The notes under the pieces were generated by a model. That model did not search any database. It was not told where the DNA came from and saw only the letters and a program-made list of their open reading frames with translations. A program made the position numbers and the translations under genes. Shown here one piece after another: positions 39,346 to 52,500 of a stretch of 64,000 bases of DNA. The number at the start of each line of letters is the position of its first letter. Position 1 is the stretch's first letter. Source of the DNA: Iphione sp. A-MEVVRFRX5 (taxonomy: Eukaryota); the NCBI GenBank assembly GCA_976226885.1, contig OZ320314.1:6882001-6946000 (forward strand), given 5' to 3'.

Positions 39346-40685
39346 GGCTGTAAACCTGAAGGACAACAAGCCCATCCAATCACCCCAATACAAAGTGTCA
39401 ATCAAGGTTGTAAAAAGACAGAGACACCACACACATGCACTCTCTCTCTCTATCTCTCTCTCTCTCAATATGAACCTTTTATTCTTCTTCAGCAACTAGT
39501 ACAGCGAGTCAGCAATTCAGCAGCAGCAGGAAGGTGAGCCCGATGAGAGAGTTGGACTGCTCTCATTATATACTCTACTTGCCAATAGTGACAACACAAC
39601 CTATTCATATAAACCAGATATAGTCGTTCATTACATGTCAGCTACACAATGGGTTTTTATGACTTAGGTATCATGACGTCACTAGCACCCAGCATCCAGG
39701 GTCTTGTAAAGGATCACTAATAATATCTGTGTTGTTCACAAAGTGACTCGGCACAAAATACAATGGCTTGACACTGTTTTAGGTCTAGTCCCGTTAACAC
39801 TGATACAAAGAACACAAGTTCCTACCAGACAAAAATTTTTGTCACGTACAGTACTTCGTAATAAGACTTTTCTTCAGTATTTCTATCTCTACACTATACA
39901 TAATATAATGTTATCCAAGTACCCTTGCACTAGAGTGTTATCTTAATATTATGACATAGCGTTATCTCACACTAACATAACATTACTTTCATTGCATGGT
40001 AGCTATGCATTGGTTCAACGTTATACAATATACCCTTTTAAGAGCATTATTTCTAATGACACATCATCACCTTTATTTGAACTGTGTTACAACTCTTCTT
40101 TAGTTTATCATGATACTGTCACCATAAGAAGGGCGATTTTCACAGTGAAGATTCTAGATACTACACACTACCTAGTCCGATAGATTACAGGCACAGGAAG
40201 GTGATATGGAAAGAATAGATCATACAAATTTACAATTACGGTTAGATGGTTAAATATGCAAAAAATGAGTCATAGATAGCCTATACATATTTTGCAGGGC
40301 TGTAGGAGCTCATCACAGCCTATCATGTTGTAAAGTGAACTTGGTCTCAGATAAGGAAGGCGACCTGAAATGATAACAATGATCATAAAATATCTGGTTC
40401 ACTCTAAATGCCGAAAATAACCTGCTGGAGTGTGACTCTTTCGGAGTGCAATTGAGAGAACATCTGTTTATTCAGCTGAAAAATACCTCCTTATATACTC
40501 TTAAGACAAGTTCTATTGCATAATGATTACATAAGAGCATGTATAAAAGTAGTCACCTCTAGACATATGTCTGGACCTCCTGCTTACTCAATACCAAACA
40601 AATCTATTATGTATTAGCAATCAACTATGGTGTCTATTCTTGAAACATACTCTAGCCATGTGGTGAGGAACTAGCGGATATTGAG

Positions 40686-40864
40686 CATGTGGAACCCCAC
40701 TACTGAGGACACCCTCTATAAAGGACACCTCGTACTATGTACAGGCTGGTGACAGAACCAAATCTACATCATCATGTTTAAATACCCATGCTATAAAGGA
40801 CACTCCTCTTTTTGGACAGCTTTTTGTCAGTACTTTTGCTGTCTGTAGTAGAGAGGTTCCACTG
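40686..40864. mobile_element. Degenerate CAGTGG-type MITE
   Basis: Ends gagaggttccactg, starts catgtggaacccc, with internal aaaggacac repeats. Confidence 0.5.
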
Positions 40865-41478
40865 GATTTCAGCTTCATGTTTGTCTTTTTCACCATATAG
40901 TGCCTCTTTGTTTTTTCAGCAGTAATAATGTAAAACTAGTTCTTCAAATTTGACAAATGAATAGTAGATCATAGCCCATATAATATGTTTGGGTACATAA
41001 TACAAGATATGGTTATTGTTAAAAAGGGTTTTAGCAGTATCAGCTTTATGCATGCAGGTATGGATAGAGTGCAGGATGAGGATGAGGAGAGACAATGAAG
41101 ATCACTTGAATGAGTTCGGATTTGAGATTATCACAGGTTTCCTTTCATTGCCTCCTCCCCAAGACCTTAATCAGGCACGTCTGACAACTGAAGCGCAAAC
41201 AATAATGCTGAGAACGTCAAGTGGACTTGGAAGATGCATTTGTTGACCATGTAAAGGTGATTCCACTGAAGCACTTGGTGACATTCGGGTACAGGATAAT
41301 TGGAATCTTGCAGAGAGGATTAGATTGCATCATCCATCTGAAAGCAGAAATCCTTGCAAACTATCCTTTATCATGCAGTCCGCATTTAAGTCATCGCAGA
41401 TGTCTGTAATAGTAACACAGATTAACATACACTCTCCTTCTCACACCCAGTATTTCTCACTTTTTCCTCACGATGTAG

Positions 41479-42256
41479 CTACGTAAAGACGACAAGTAAG
41501 AATACACAATTGCTTAAGGCCCTGGGACTCTCCTTACGATGGATAGCACTGCTCTGTTGCAGGAATGTGCCAATGTTCATGAAGCAGAGGAGTGGGTCGA
41601 TAGTAGCCACAAAGCTAATGGCAACAGCTGCAGTTTGAGTGCACTTCGAGTGGGCTGCCATAGGAAGGCAAGCCACATACTCAACAGGTGGTACGGCACA
41701 ACAGGTGGAATGAAAAAGAGTATGGCCAAAACGAACAGCATCTGAGCCACTTTCCACCACCCGGCCATCACCCTCTGCTTCATATGGCAGCCCATGGCTG
41801 TGTTGGACTGGAGCAGGTGGCATTCCTCCAACCACAGACAGACAGCCAAGAGTAGGACACGCCCACAAAAACAGCTGGGTAGGGCCCAGTTTCCATACTT
41901 GCGTTGGTCTGCATTGATGTTCGGGAGAGGTGTGTGTGAATTTCCAGTGTCTTTGTATGCATTGTACTTTTACTACCCAGCAATGCACAGGGGTGTTCCA
42001 TACATGCATTGTATGTTGTGCGGTTGTGTGCATAAAATGATGGGAAAAATGGTGAAAAAGGACAAAAATGATGAAAAAGCCATGCGATAAGCAGTGGTGT
42101 CATGATAATGATGGACAACAGGCAGACACCTACAGCCAAGTAGTAGGTGCAGCGCACATTGCAGTAGGTGCAGAAGGTCATGGGTGCTGAATGCCCAGAT
42201 AGCAGTTTAGGCTAAGCAGTACGATGGCAAAGACACTCGAGGCCATGGACAGCCCT
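41479..42256 (-). pseudogene. Decayed rhodopsin-like (class A) GPCR, TM3 to helix 8
   Basis: Joined across at least 3 frameshifts: SMASSVFAIVLLSLNCYLGIQHP (TM3/DRY region), YYLAVGVCLLSIIIMTPLLIA (TM4), YPAVFVGVSY (TM5), KVAQMLFVLAILFF..PYHLL (TM6), LLSTHSSA/MN (TM7), HRKESPRAL (helix 8). TM1-2 not found. Confidence 0.75.
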
Positions 42257-43382
42257 GCTGACAGTGTGCGATTATAAATTCATGTTATACTTACACAAAT
42301 ACATGCATGATTAAAGATCAACATAATGTTTTCTAAAGTAGAGCTATGGCAAAACATGAAAGGGACTCCACTGCCCAGATGTAATGGAGAAGACTTCAAG
42401 CTGAAAAATTCTATATTGGCCCTGTGGCAGGATAGATACTGGAGGCTGTATCCAATAAGAACAGAGTGCAACTATCCTTTAGTCCACAACATATTTTGTA
42501 TTAAAACAAATAGGAAGATAGGTTGGGAGTGTATTGCCCGTGGCTTTGATGGAAAGAAAACGAAAGGATCCTGAAGGGAACGCCTGAAAGTAAGGCCTCA
42601 GGTCAGACAGCTGCAACTGAGGACTACATAATCCATGCCCACCTAGCACAGAGAAGTCTACTCATATCCTTCCTTTATCAAAATATGTACACCTTAACTT
42701 CTCCACCTTCAGGTCTCCGAAGCCTCTCCAGAGTTATAAGTGAATGTGGGGGATTCCATGCAATCATAAGCCTGCTGCACATAATTTACATAATTGACCG
42801 ATCACCTTTATACGTCATTATGACGCAAAATAATTTACAACAATGGGTGTAATCGGTAGACAGCCTACTACATACACAGATCAGACTACTACAGCTCTCA
42901 CATGCTGCTTGTAAAAGAGGCAGACAGGGGGTGTCTTCTCAGGCAAAAAACACCCACTTCTACTTGTATGATATTAATAAAACCTTTACCAAATGAAAGC
43001 TCAGGATGTCAGTAAGAAGATGAGCTATAGCTTGTCTTTCTAGCTTAAATTACCAGGAATTTATTGCCATGTGAAGTTTGTCACTGATTCACGATAAAAA
43101 TTATGCTTTGTTTACTGTGAGCATAAAAGAAACCATACTTTTACGTCATAATGAAGTAAAACGGCGATCAATGATGTAATTGACACATCACTGCATGACA
43201 GGACAACATGTTTTACGGTCACAATCTCTGTCAATCAAAGTGTTCCATAGCCAATGATGTTATGTTAATTTGTCATGTGACTTGTGTAACCAATTCATGC
43301 AGAAGACATTCAAGCAACACTGTCATTCATGCATGACCATATTACAATTATGACTCACATGTCATTATGTGGTTATGTAAAT

Positions 43383-43545
43383 TGTAGCACAAAGCCAACA
43401 CCACAGCATCAGGTTCGATATCAGCCTTTTATTCTTCTTGAGCAAACAGTACAGTGAGTCAGCAGCAGTTCAGCAGCATCAGGAAGGCCAGTCTGATGAG
43501 AGCGTCGGTTCAACTCTCTTATATATTCAACTCTATCAACTCTAT
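43383..43545 (-). mobile_element. Partial solo-LTR-like copy immediately upstream of the first FAAH coding exon
   Basis: tgtagcacaaagccaacacc..caggttcgat..cagcctttttattctt matches 13698 onward and 39470 onward. Confidence 0.55.
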
Positions 43546-43583
43546 CACATTTTATGCTGTTCTTACAGGTAAGATCATCAACG

Positions 43584-46500
43584 ATGTTCACTCTACTAAC
43601 AGAAATAAAGAGAAACATGGGTGAGTTGAACCGAAGTGCTCAGATTGGACTCGCCTTGTGTGGCACGGGCTTAACGTACATCGGTCTGACAGCTGCTTAT
43701 CGACAATACAGAATCCACATCAATGATGTTCGAAGAGAAAAGAAGCAAGCTTACTGTAAGGCATCTATAGAGGCAGTGCGAACACACCTGAAGGGAGAAG
43801 GGATAGAGGTAAGTATCCATAAAACTGAGGTTAGATCATATTAGTAGAACCAGGCCTCATTTTATCTTAGTTCACACTTCAGTCTGCAACTTTATATGAA
43901 TTTAATTTATGTGATATTAAGTACCCTCTTTGCCCATACAAAAGTCAGCTTAGTACAGGACAAGGAAAAAATAGTTATACATGTCTGTGCTTTCAGAAAC
44001 TGGACCTACCACATAATATGGCTTGTTGGATCTATTTATTATACTTTTATTTTGCCCGAAGCTCTGGACTGGGCTTAGTATAGGACCTGTCTAGGGGCAA
44101 TACAAACATTTATATATTAGGCCAAAAAAATTGGTGTTTCTGGTCACCCACCTCTACCTAGTAAAACCTCACCCTACCTAAAATGTTTTTGGCCCCAAAG
44201 ACTTTTGAAGGCTGAATTTCCTTAGATATGTGTTTTCACAGCAAATATTTTTGGCCTAATTCAGTAGAAAAACAACAAAATCCATGGAAATTCAGCAAAG
44301 AACTGTAAAACTCTTGTAAATTAGGCAAAATACTTCATATTATCTTTAATATTATTGAAAACTAGAGGAAGAAAGTGGCAACAAATTTTTAAATAAAATA
44401 CCTTCCTCCCTACCTAGGTGTTTGGCTGGTCATGACCAGAAACACACCTATTTTTTTTTGTCCTACAGAAGGAACAGAGGTAGGATTCGATTAAGTAGAT
44501 GTCATCAATGCTGTTAGAGCTAGGGTTCTGAGCAAGCTCTTTGGCCTGTAAAGTCTATGGAGATGAGTAACTGAGCAATTGTACCCATTTTTGCTCCGGT
44601 CCCAGAGAATAAAATTGGACAATTAAAAAATACATATTCTTATTTAAGAAACAGTACTATTTCGCAAAGGGCAGTGATACTGCAGGATAAATGAAGAAAT
44701 TAACAAAATATACATTTTTCTTTAATTTCTCAGGCAATATTTTTTAGAGCAGTATAAAATATACATCAATAGAATGGTCTTCGATTGGGCTATGCCAGAA
44801 ATACAAAAAAGGCATTTAAAATGATGATAATTACCCTGTTTTATCACATTTAAGTAGATTCGTGTATTCTCCTGGATTGGAGCAAAAATGGGTAGAATCA
44901 ACCAACTACATTAACAGGCCAGTGCCAGATCTGGGCTTTGACCAACCTTAGAGCCGACCACCTCAGATCGTATCACACATCATACAATAGAAAACAGCAT
45001 TTCAGTGAAATACATCCTCAACCCTTCACCTCGTATGAGCTATTAACTTACTTTGGCCCTATAGGCGTAGCTATAAAACATAAGATTGTCAAAGCCTACT
45101 GAGCAGATCACACCCTGTCTGGTCATACCTGTTAGTGAAGCATGCATCAGTCATGCAGTCATATAGAATTGATTTACTGCAGAGTAAGGTTTGCAGCTTT
45201 TAAAGTGAAATTGAAAGAAAAGTCGCGATTTTAAGATGCACAGTCAGTGAAAAGCAAGAGGAAAAGTTGTGAGTAATCTGAAGTATACAATGTACATTGC
45301 TGATGATGAAACTCTTGTCAATCTATGTGTTTGAAAAAGTGATAGAATGGGAGGTTTTCAGTGCTCAAACTGGTATGGTCTGACTCTATGGTTGCTTTGT
45401 ATACCTGTAATGAACTGTTGTTTTAGCTTCTGGCTCTGTTATTTTGCTTAGGCATAAGGAAGGTTCTGTTTTCTGGTAACAAATTGAAAAAAGTAGAGAG
45501 TTGGTTGTTAGGTGCTATTTTTTTCTTTTTTTTTCTTTTACATGCTAATCAATACTGAAAATAACAAATGTTTATGGCAATATCACTTCTTCAGCTTATA
45601 CACAGTTACACAACCCTTTCGTCATGTTTTACCATTTTCCAGGAAGCAGAAGTAGAAACCATAACCTCCTTGTCCTTGCTGTCTCTCAGGGAGCAGCTAA
45701 AATCAGGACATCTAAAACCAGTGCAAGTACTACGCGCATTCCAAGCTAAGGTGAGAAAGCATCATGTAACAAAATGTCATATCCCTTGCCCTCTCTTTGA
45801 GAAATCTCCTATTTCTACTAAAGTTGTCTTTTTTTGCAAGAATACTATGGAAGTCTAGGATAGGCGATGATAGGGGACTTCGTACATATTTGAGAACTTT
45901 GAGAACGTCCAGGTTTGCTATAAACAAACTAAGGATAATTTTGATATAAGCACTTGATCTGAAAGTTGTCTCAGCTGTTTCTAACCCTAAAACAAGGCTT
46001 CAGTGATAAATTACCAGGGAGCTTTTATAGATCCAGTGTAAATTATAGTTTTAGGGTGAAAAAGAGATTACTTCTGCACTCGGCATCCTTTACATGACTT
46101 TGTATGAAAACTCATCTGTCTAATGCAGTTCCATACAGTGGACCCCCCCGTATCCTTAAAACTTTGTTGGATATGTGAGATTTGTCTGATTTGGAAACAT
46201 TTTCAATTGATTTTTCACATTTGGTTCCTGGAAGCACCGTCGGATAAACTGGGGACCACTGTATATTCTTTCCACTTCTCGTGTCTTTTGAAACTTGTTT
46301 CCTAGGTCCAGACATCCTGCTGATCCACCCCCCCATCACCAGGCATTGAAAGATTCCCTACTGTTGTTACTCACCTTTTAAACCTTTGTCCTCCTCAGGC
46401 TCTTGCGGCCCATGATAGAACCAATTGCCTGGTGGAATTCATTAAAGAAGCTGAGGTAAAGTAATTTGGTTTAAAATTGATAGCACAAGAGCATTTGACT

Positions 46501-49500
46501 GATTCCACCAATAGATGTACCAAAATGTATTCTCTAGGATGGTATTTTCCAATAAAAAATCATAGTTCAATTTGGAATTTTCAATTGCTTTTGACATGCC
46601 TGGGTCTAGTGGATATGAGGAATATGCCCTATTTTTTTAGCACTATATAATAATTCCTTCCTATAGTTTTTAATAGTCCTGGAGAATACCGCTGGTACAT
46701 ACATTGGTGGCATCACTCATTCACAATAGACCTCCATCCAAAATTATCAGTGGACTGACTACCTTTTCATATCATAGTGACATTGTCATAGCAGAGTCCT
46801 TTGTAATAACCAGCATAGTATTAACATTGTTGTCATTTTGACGTTGTTGTATGACCAGGTGATCGACCAATTCAGACAACTGTCCTCATTGTGCGGTATG
46901 CATGTTAATTCTGATTTTGGAGAGTTTTGGAGGTATTGTCAGTTTTTTTTCAGGACTGGGCTGCCCAGCTGGAAAGTGGACCTGTCTACGGGGAATTATG
47001 GGGAATTCCTATATCCCTCAAAGATGATATATGCATAAAGGTATTTAGAGTTGCAAAGTTGTTTACACGTTTTACACTCAGCAATATTTTCCTTAAACGG
47101 ATTAAATAAATATTCATATTGTACCACTAAGGAACTCACTTCTCTGACCTTTTTACTTCGTGACTTCTTTAACAAAATAGATGAAATATATATCAAGAAA
47201 CTACGGGAGTGTTTGCCTTTGGTTGTGTATTGGTTAATTGTGTTTTCTTGGCTGTGCCACTAATTTTTTGGACTAGGAAACTTCCCAATTTCCATACCCA
47301 TTTAAGCATGTTTGTGTATTTCTGATGTGTTTTGACTGGGATCTATGCAAAACTACAGGGGTGTTTCAAGGCTCTATGCTAGTTCCATTGCTATTTTAGT
47401 GGTTTGGGAGAATGGCATGGCAAAAACTGGTTATGGTGGTTCACGGGGCTAAAAGACACCTATGAAAACAAAGGTGTAAGGAAAGGAAGCCTTTGACTTT
47501 GTCTTTCTTCGTTCCGATCAGAACATAGGGCCAGTACCTCAGATTTTTTATCTTTGAGTGCTGGTCTCTATAGCTGTAGCTTTTCTGTTGGGTTGGGGAG
47601 CTAATCCCAGCACCAAACCCTGCTTGCAGGAAATAGGTCTATGGCTTTGTTTAAGTAGGTTTGATGTTGCAGGGTTATGAAAATTGCATCGGTGAAGCAT
47701 TGAGGATAGGCTGTTCTGCGCCAGAAGATTCAACGTTTGTTAAGGTAAGGGGATAGTCTACATGTATCTTACACTTTGAAGTGTTCTAGAGTAAGAGGGA
47801 AATTCAAAATGCTGGAACACGAAGAGAATTATAAATGATAAAGTCCAAAGAAATCCTGAATTACATATGTTATATTTATGTCACTAAAATTATTCAAGTA
47901 TCTGACGATAATCCTACCTTATTCTAAATATATGTGCCAGTGGTCAACTTCAATTCTGTAATTTAATTACAAATAGATATATTTGCATGAAGCATTGAGC
48001 CTCGAGTTCTAGAACATTCTCAAGTCTAGAAGTACAGTTCGCATAGGAGGCAAAGCAGTGGACTGGATGAGTTTGATTTCTCCCCACAAGCTGGTCTCCC
48101 ATGCATGTTTATTACTAGAGTGGGAAACAAAGCATGGGACATGGGACGGTCTCTCCCCTAGGGTTGGTCTCCCCCATGGATTAGTCCTTATGTGAGTTTC
48201 AACTGTATTTCCCAGCGTTAGCACATCGGCTTATGGCGAGAAATGGGAAACAGTCTGGTCTCTCCGCTATTGGTTAAGGAGAATCTCAACCACGTGATTA
48301 GTTGGGCAACAGGAGTGGAGCGAGTGCTTCTTCTCTATGAGGACCCTCTCACATAATGAGCCGATCGCTAATGCATAAAGAAACGGGTTCTGTGGATGTA
48401 ACTTTACTAAATGTGACATCATAATAGAACATGGACCAATCAAACTTCTTAGAATTGTGACAGTGTCATAGTTTGGTAAAAAAATGAGCCTGCAGTATCC
48501 GTTTCTTTGCCCGCTCATGATTGGCTCATTGTAAAGAATGAACCATGAAATTTGATGATGTTTAAAGATTTGAGAAAGGACCTAGACACTTCAAGAATTG
48601 CTTAACATTTAACAGTCCAAATATGAAAAAGTGTCAAGGCCCGTAAAGCATTTCATTATAAGAAGAAACTATACAAAACAAGAAGTAATAGTGCAGAGTA
48701 TTGGTCGATTTTGAATGATCTGACTGGCAACCATGGCAAAAACAAGAAATTGATACATATCACCTTTGACGATAATGACATGACTAACATTGATATCTCG
48801 AACAAGTTCAACAATAATTTTACCAGCGATGCTGAGACTATTACTGCTAAATTAAATACAGCAGTGCAGAAGGATGTATCACAGACTAATGTAGAAGATG
48901 ACAAATTTAGGATTAGAACAATGAATGCTAGTGAGGTACTGAAAATAATTGGCTCTATGAACAAGAACAAAAGTTGCAATATTGATACTGCCCCTGCTAA
49001 ATTGTTTTGGTTCTGCATTAAAGTCTGCTTAAATCAGCTAACTCATCTGCTCAATTTATTATTAGAAACATACATATTCCCTGAGGAGTGGAAATTAGCA
49101 AAGGTTATACCACTTCACAAGAAAGGTGATGCCAGGTGCCTAGATAACTATAGACCAATCTCCCTGCTGCCTGGTCCAGCGAAAATTCTAGAGAAAATAA
49201 TCTACACTCAGTTGTATCAATATCTCGAAATGCATGATAAATTAGCCAAAGAGCAGTTTGGATTCAGACAGGAAAGGGGTACTAAGGAAGCAATAATTGA
49301 TGTTTCAAACAAAATCTATGGAAACGTCAATAGTAATTTACATACTAATGCTATATGTATTGACTTAAAGAAGGCGTTTGATACTGTTAATCACGAGTTA
49401 CTAATCAATAACTCAGGAAGCACTTCTCATTAAATGAGAGCAGTTTACGATGGTTCACTAGCTACCTGATGAATAGAAGACAATTCTTTTATGTTAATGA

Positions 49501-52500
49501 AATGAAATCGGCCAGCACTAGTTGGAGGTGACATCACGCTATTCACGGATGACACTCTAATCCTAGTTAAGGATAAAATGTTATCAAATTACATCACAAA
49601 ACAGAATAGATTATCAATGATCTGACAGCATGGTGTAATTTTAACAAGCTTGTTATTAATACTGGCAAGTCAAAAATGCTACCTGTGTACAACAATAACT
49701 GTCAACCATGTTCAGACATTATTTTACTGGGTGAAAGGATAGATTATGTGGACTCATACAACTATTTAGGCATTATCCTCGATAGCTCAATGAAATTCAA
49801 ACTAGAAATTGACAAAGTAATCAGTAAGGTCCTTCAGAAAGTATGCATACTGTACAAACTTAAACCCCTTCTGAATGTGACTGACATGGTAAAGTTGTAC
49901 GAGGGATTCATTTTGCCACATGTTGATTACTCAACGGCAATGTTAAACTGTCGCAGTAAAAAAAGTATTGATAAGTTACAGAAATTGCAAAACAGAGCTC
50001 TTGCAATAATTGACACTACCAGCAAGGACTACCTCAACCAGAGAACAATACCATCAAGTCATAATCTGCATTGTTATTTGAATATCATGACTTTAGCGCA
50101 AAGACAACGTATGTTTCTGGTATGCATAATACATAATTTGTATAGGCATGACTTGCTGCCAAGACAAACTCCATCAAATACCAGACAGCATGACGCAACT
50201 GCGCTACCAGTTACAAGACCTAAGTCTGAGCTAATCAAGAACTCCATACATTATCATGGGATAAATCTGTGGAACTCTCTGGATGCTCTTATGAGAGAAC
50301 AACATAATATGGCTGAATTCAAAATGCTAGCTCAATTTATTAAATAGAACCTGAAATAGCCATCAGCTTATAGACAGAACCTAAAACATTTCAATCCAAT
50401 TTGTAAAAAGAAGATCTAATTTTATAACAAACATCGATTGCATTTGTGCTTGTACTTGTGTGCTTTTTGTATATAATATATACCCTCATCCAATTCCTAA
50501 TACTGTCTCATTGAGGCAATCCTTGGATGAAATAAACGAATCTTATCTTATCTTATCTTAAACAGGATATCTATTAGTCCTTTATACTGTGCTATAGTAA
50601 AAAATATGCTTGTCAAACATCGTACTACATTTTTTTTCTAAAGGTGCTGCGTTACCATGGTGCTATTCCGTTTGTAAAAACTAATGTCCCACAGTCACTA
50701 GCCAGGTAAGTTGTCCAATGACAGAGAAGGAGACTTACAGCTATTCTATAAAACTTCTCTGCTCCCCCTGCTTCCTTTTTTCTATTTTCTCTTTTGTTAG
50801 TTTTAAAAAATGTGGTGTAATGGTTTCTGGTGATTCGTTAATTCAGCAACCCATCACTACTGTATGGTCATCCTTAAAAAACAAAAATGCAACGGTGTAC
50901 ATTTATGTGTAACTAAAATTTACACATCAATTGAAGTAAAATAAGGCTGATTTAGAAAAGCAGTATCTTTTATGTACTATATTTTTGTTAGAAAAGGGAT
51001 ATCTTCTTTTATCATATGCACTGCAAATGTATACCCCTCAATCTGCTATAGTTTGGAACCAGGAAACTCCATCAATGGTATTGTCTGCCATCCTTGAGAC
51101 TTGACTAGGGGCCCTAGTGGCTCCTCTAGTGGCGAAACAGCCCTCAGGCCATTTCCCTACTAATAATGTACATTTTAATTGTACCTTTCTATCTGATATA
51201 GCTTAGAACCTGGAAACCCCATCAATGGTACTGTACGCCATCCTCGAGACTTGACCAGAGGCCCTGGTGGCTCCTCTAGCGGTGAAGCAGCCCTCATGGC
51301 CAGTGGTGGTTCCATATTAGGAATGGGTAGTGATATTGGAGGCTCCATAAGGGTCCCAGCCCATTTCTGTGGGGTCTTGGCCTTCAGACCCACAACGGAC
51401 CGAATGAGGCAAGAAGTGTTAGTGGATAAGATATTGTCAAGCATACTTGTAGATGAATGTTACGCAATATTCTGGTGTGGTGTTTAATGTTCATAGCCAT
51501 TCTCTTTCATGCATGTTTTCCCTTTGTATTCTCGATCCATTTATTTCCTTGAGATATTTGATATCTCTGATGTAGTCAATGCCCAGTGTTCTGTTATCTC
51601 TTTGGTATCTCTCATCTTGACACTCAGTTCATGCCATGAATATTTGGTACTGAACATTATAAAGTGGACTCCCGGTTAGAGACTAGATCGCAGGGAAGAC
51701 CAGGCTGTGGGAGCGGGCCATTTTCTCATAGAACCAAATAGGGCCTATATGATGGGAGCTGACAGGGGAGACCAGCAAGGTTGCAGGGAGAGACCATATT
51801 CCTGCAGACCCCTAAATGGTGGTCTAAGTGGGAGTACACCCTATAGCTGCTATTTGATCTTTATATTTCATATAGAACTGCAACAAGCTACATGTATCAG
51901 GTTGATTTTTAAGTGTAGCCTGTTTTTAACCTATCTGTTGGCACTGATGCACTGTTCACATGGCGAATTAAATAAGAAGAAGCATTTAAAACATGCAGTA
52001 GAACCTCGGTATTGCTCCATTCTAGAACAAGGGCCAGCTCTTTGTTTTGTTACAATTCAGGCCGGTAGCCAGGAAGTCTTGTGGGGGTATCTCAAATTAG
52101 AAAGGTGGAACTTTTATCTAGAGAGGTGGAACTCCTGGTTAAAGAGGTCTTCCTCTCTCTGTCTCTGTGTCCCCCCCCTCTCTCTCTGTCTCTCTCTGTC
52201 TCTCTCTTTCTCTCTCTTCCTCCCTCTTTCTAATGATACACTCATGGCTATAGGCCTAGAGAGGTGGAACTGCTGGCTTTTCTGGGGGGTTTCGGATGAT
52301 ACCGAGATACCCCCTTGGCTATGGGTCTGCAAATGAAAACAAATTCCAGCTATATCATGTCCATAACAGAAGAAAATGCTGAATATGGCAACAAACAGCG
52401 ACACTGTTGCTGGTGTTCCAAATACGCCAACTGGGTCAAGTTGTCACATGGTTGCGATGACACATATATGCTGCTTTGCTCATAAATATGTCAATCATGA

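Noticed and set aside
39675-39682. Perfect CRE palindrome TGACGTCA
   Set aside because: A single 8-mer with no linked transcription start is expected by chance in 64 kb.
51707-52336. 209-aa + strand ORF
   Set aside because: Lies in a FAAH intron, runs through a MITE and a (TC)n tract, and has no recognisable domain. The GSQEV similarity to FAAH is coincidental because the real exon is 52701-52744.
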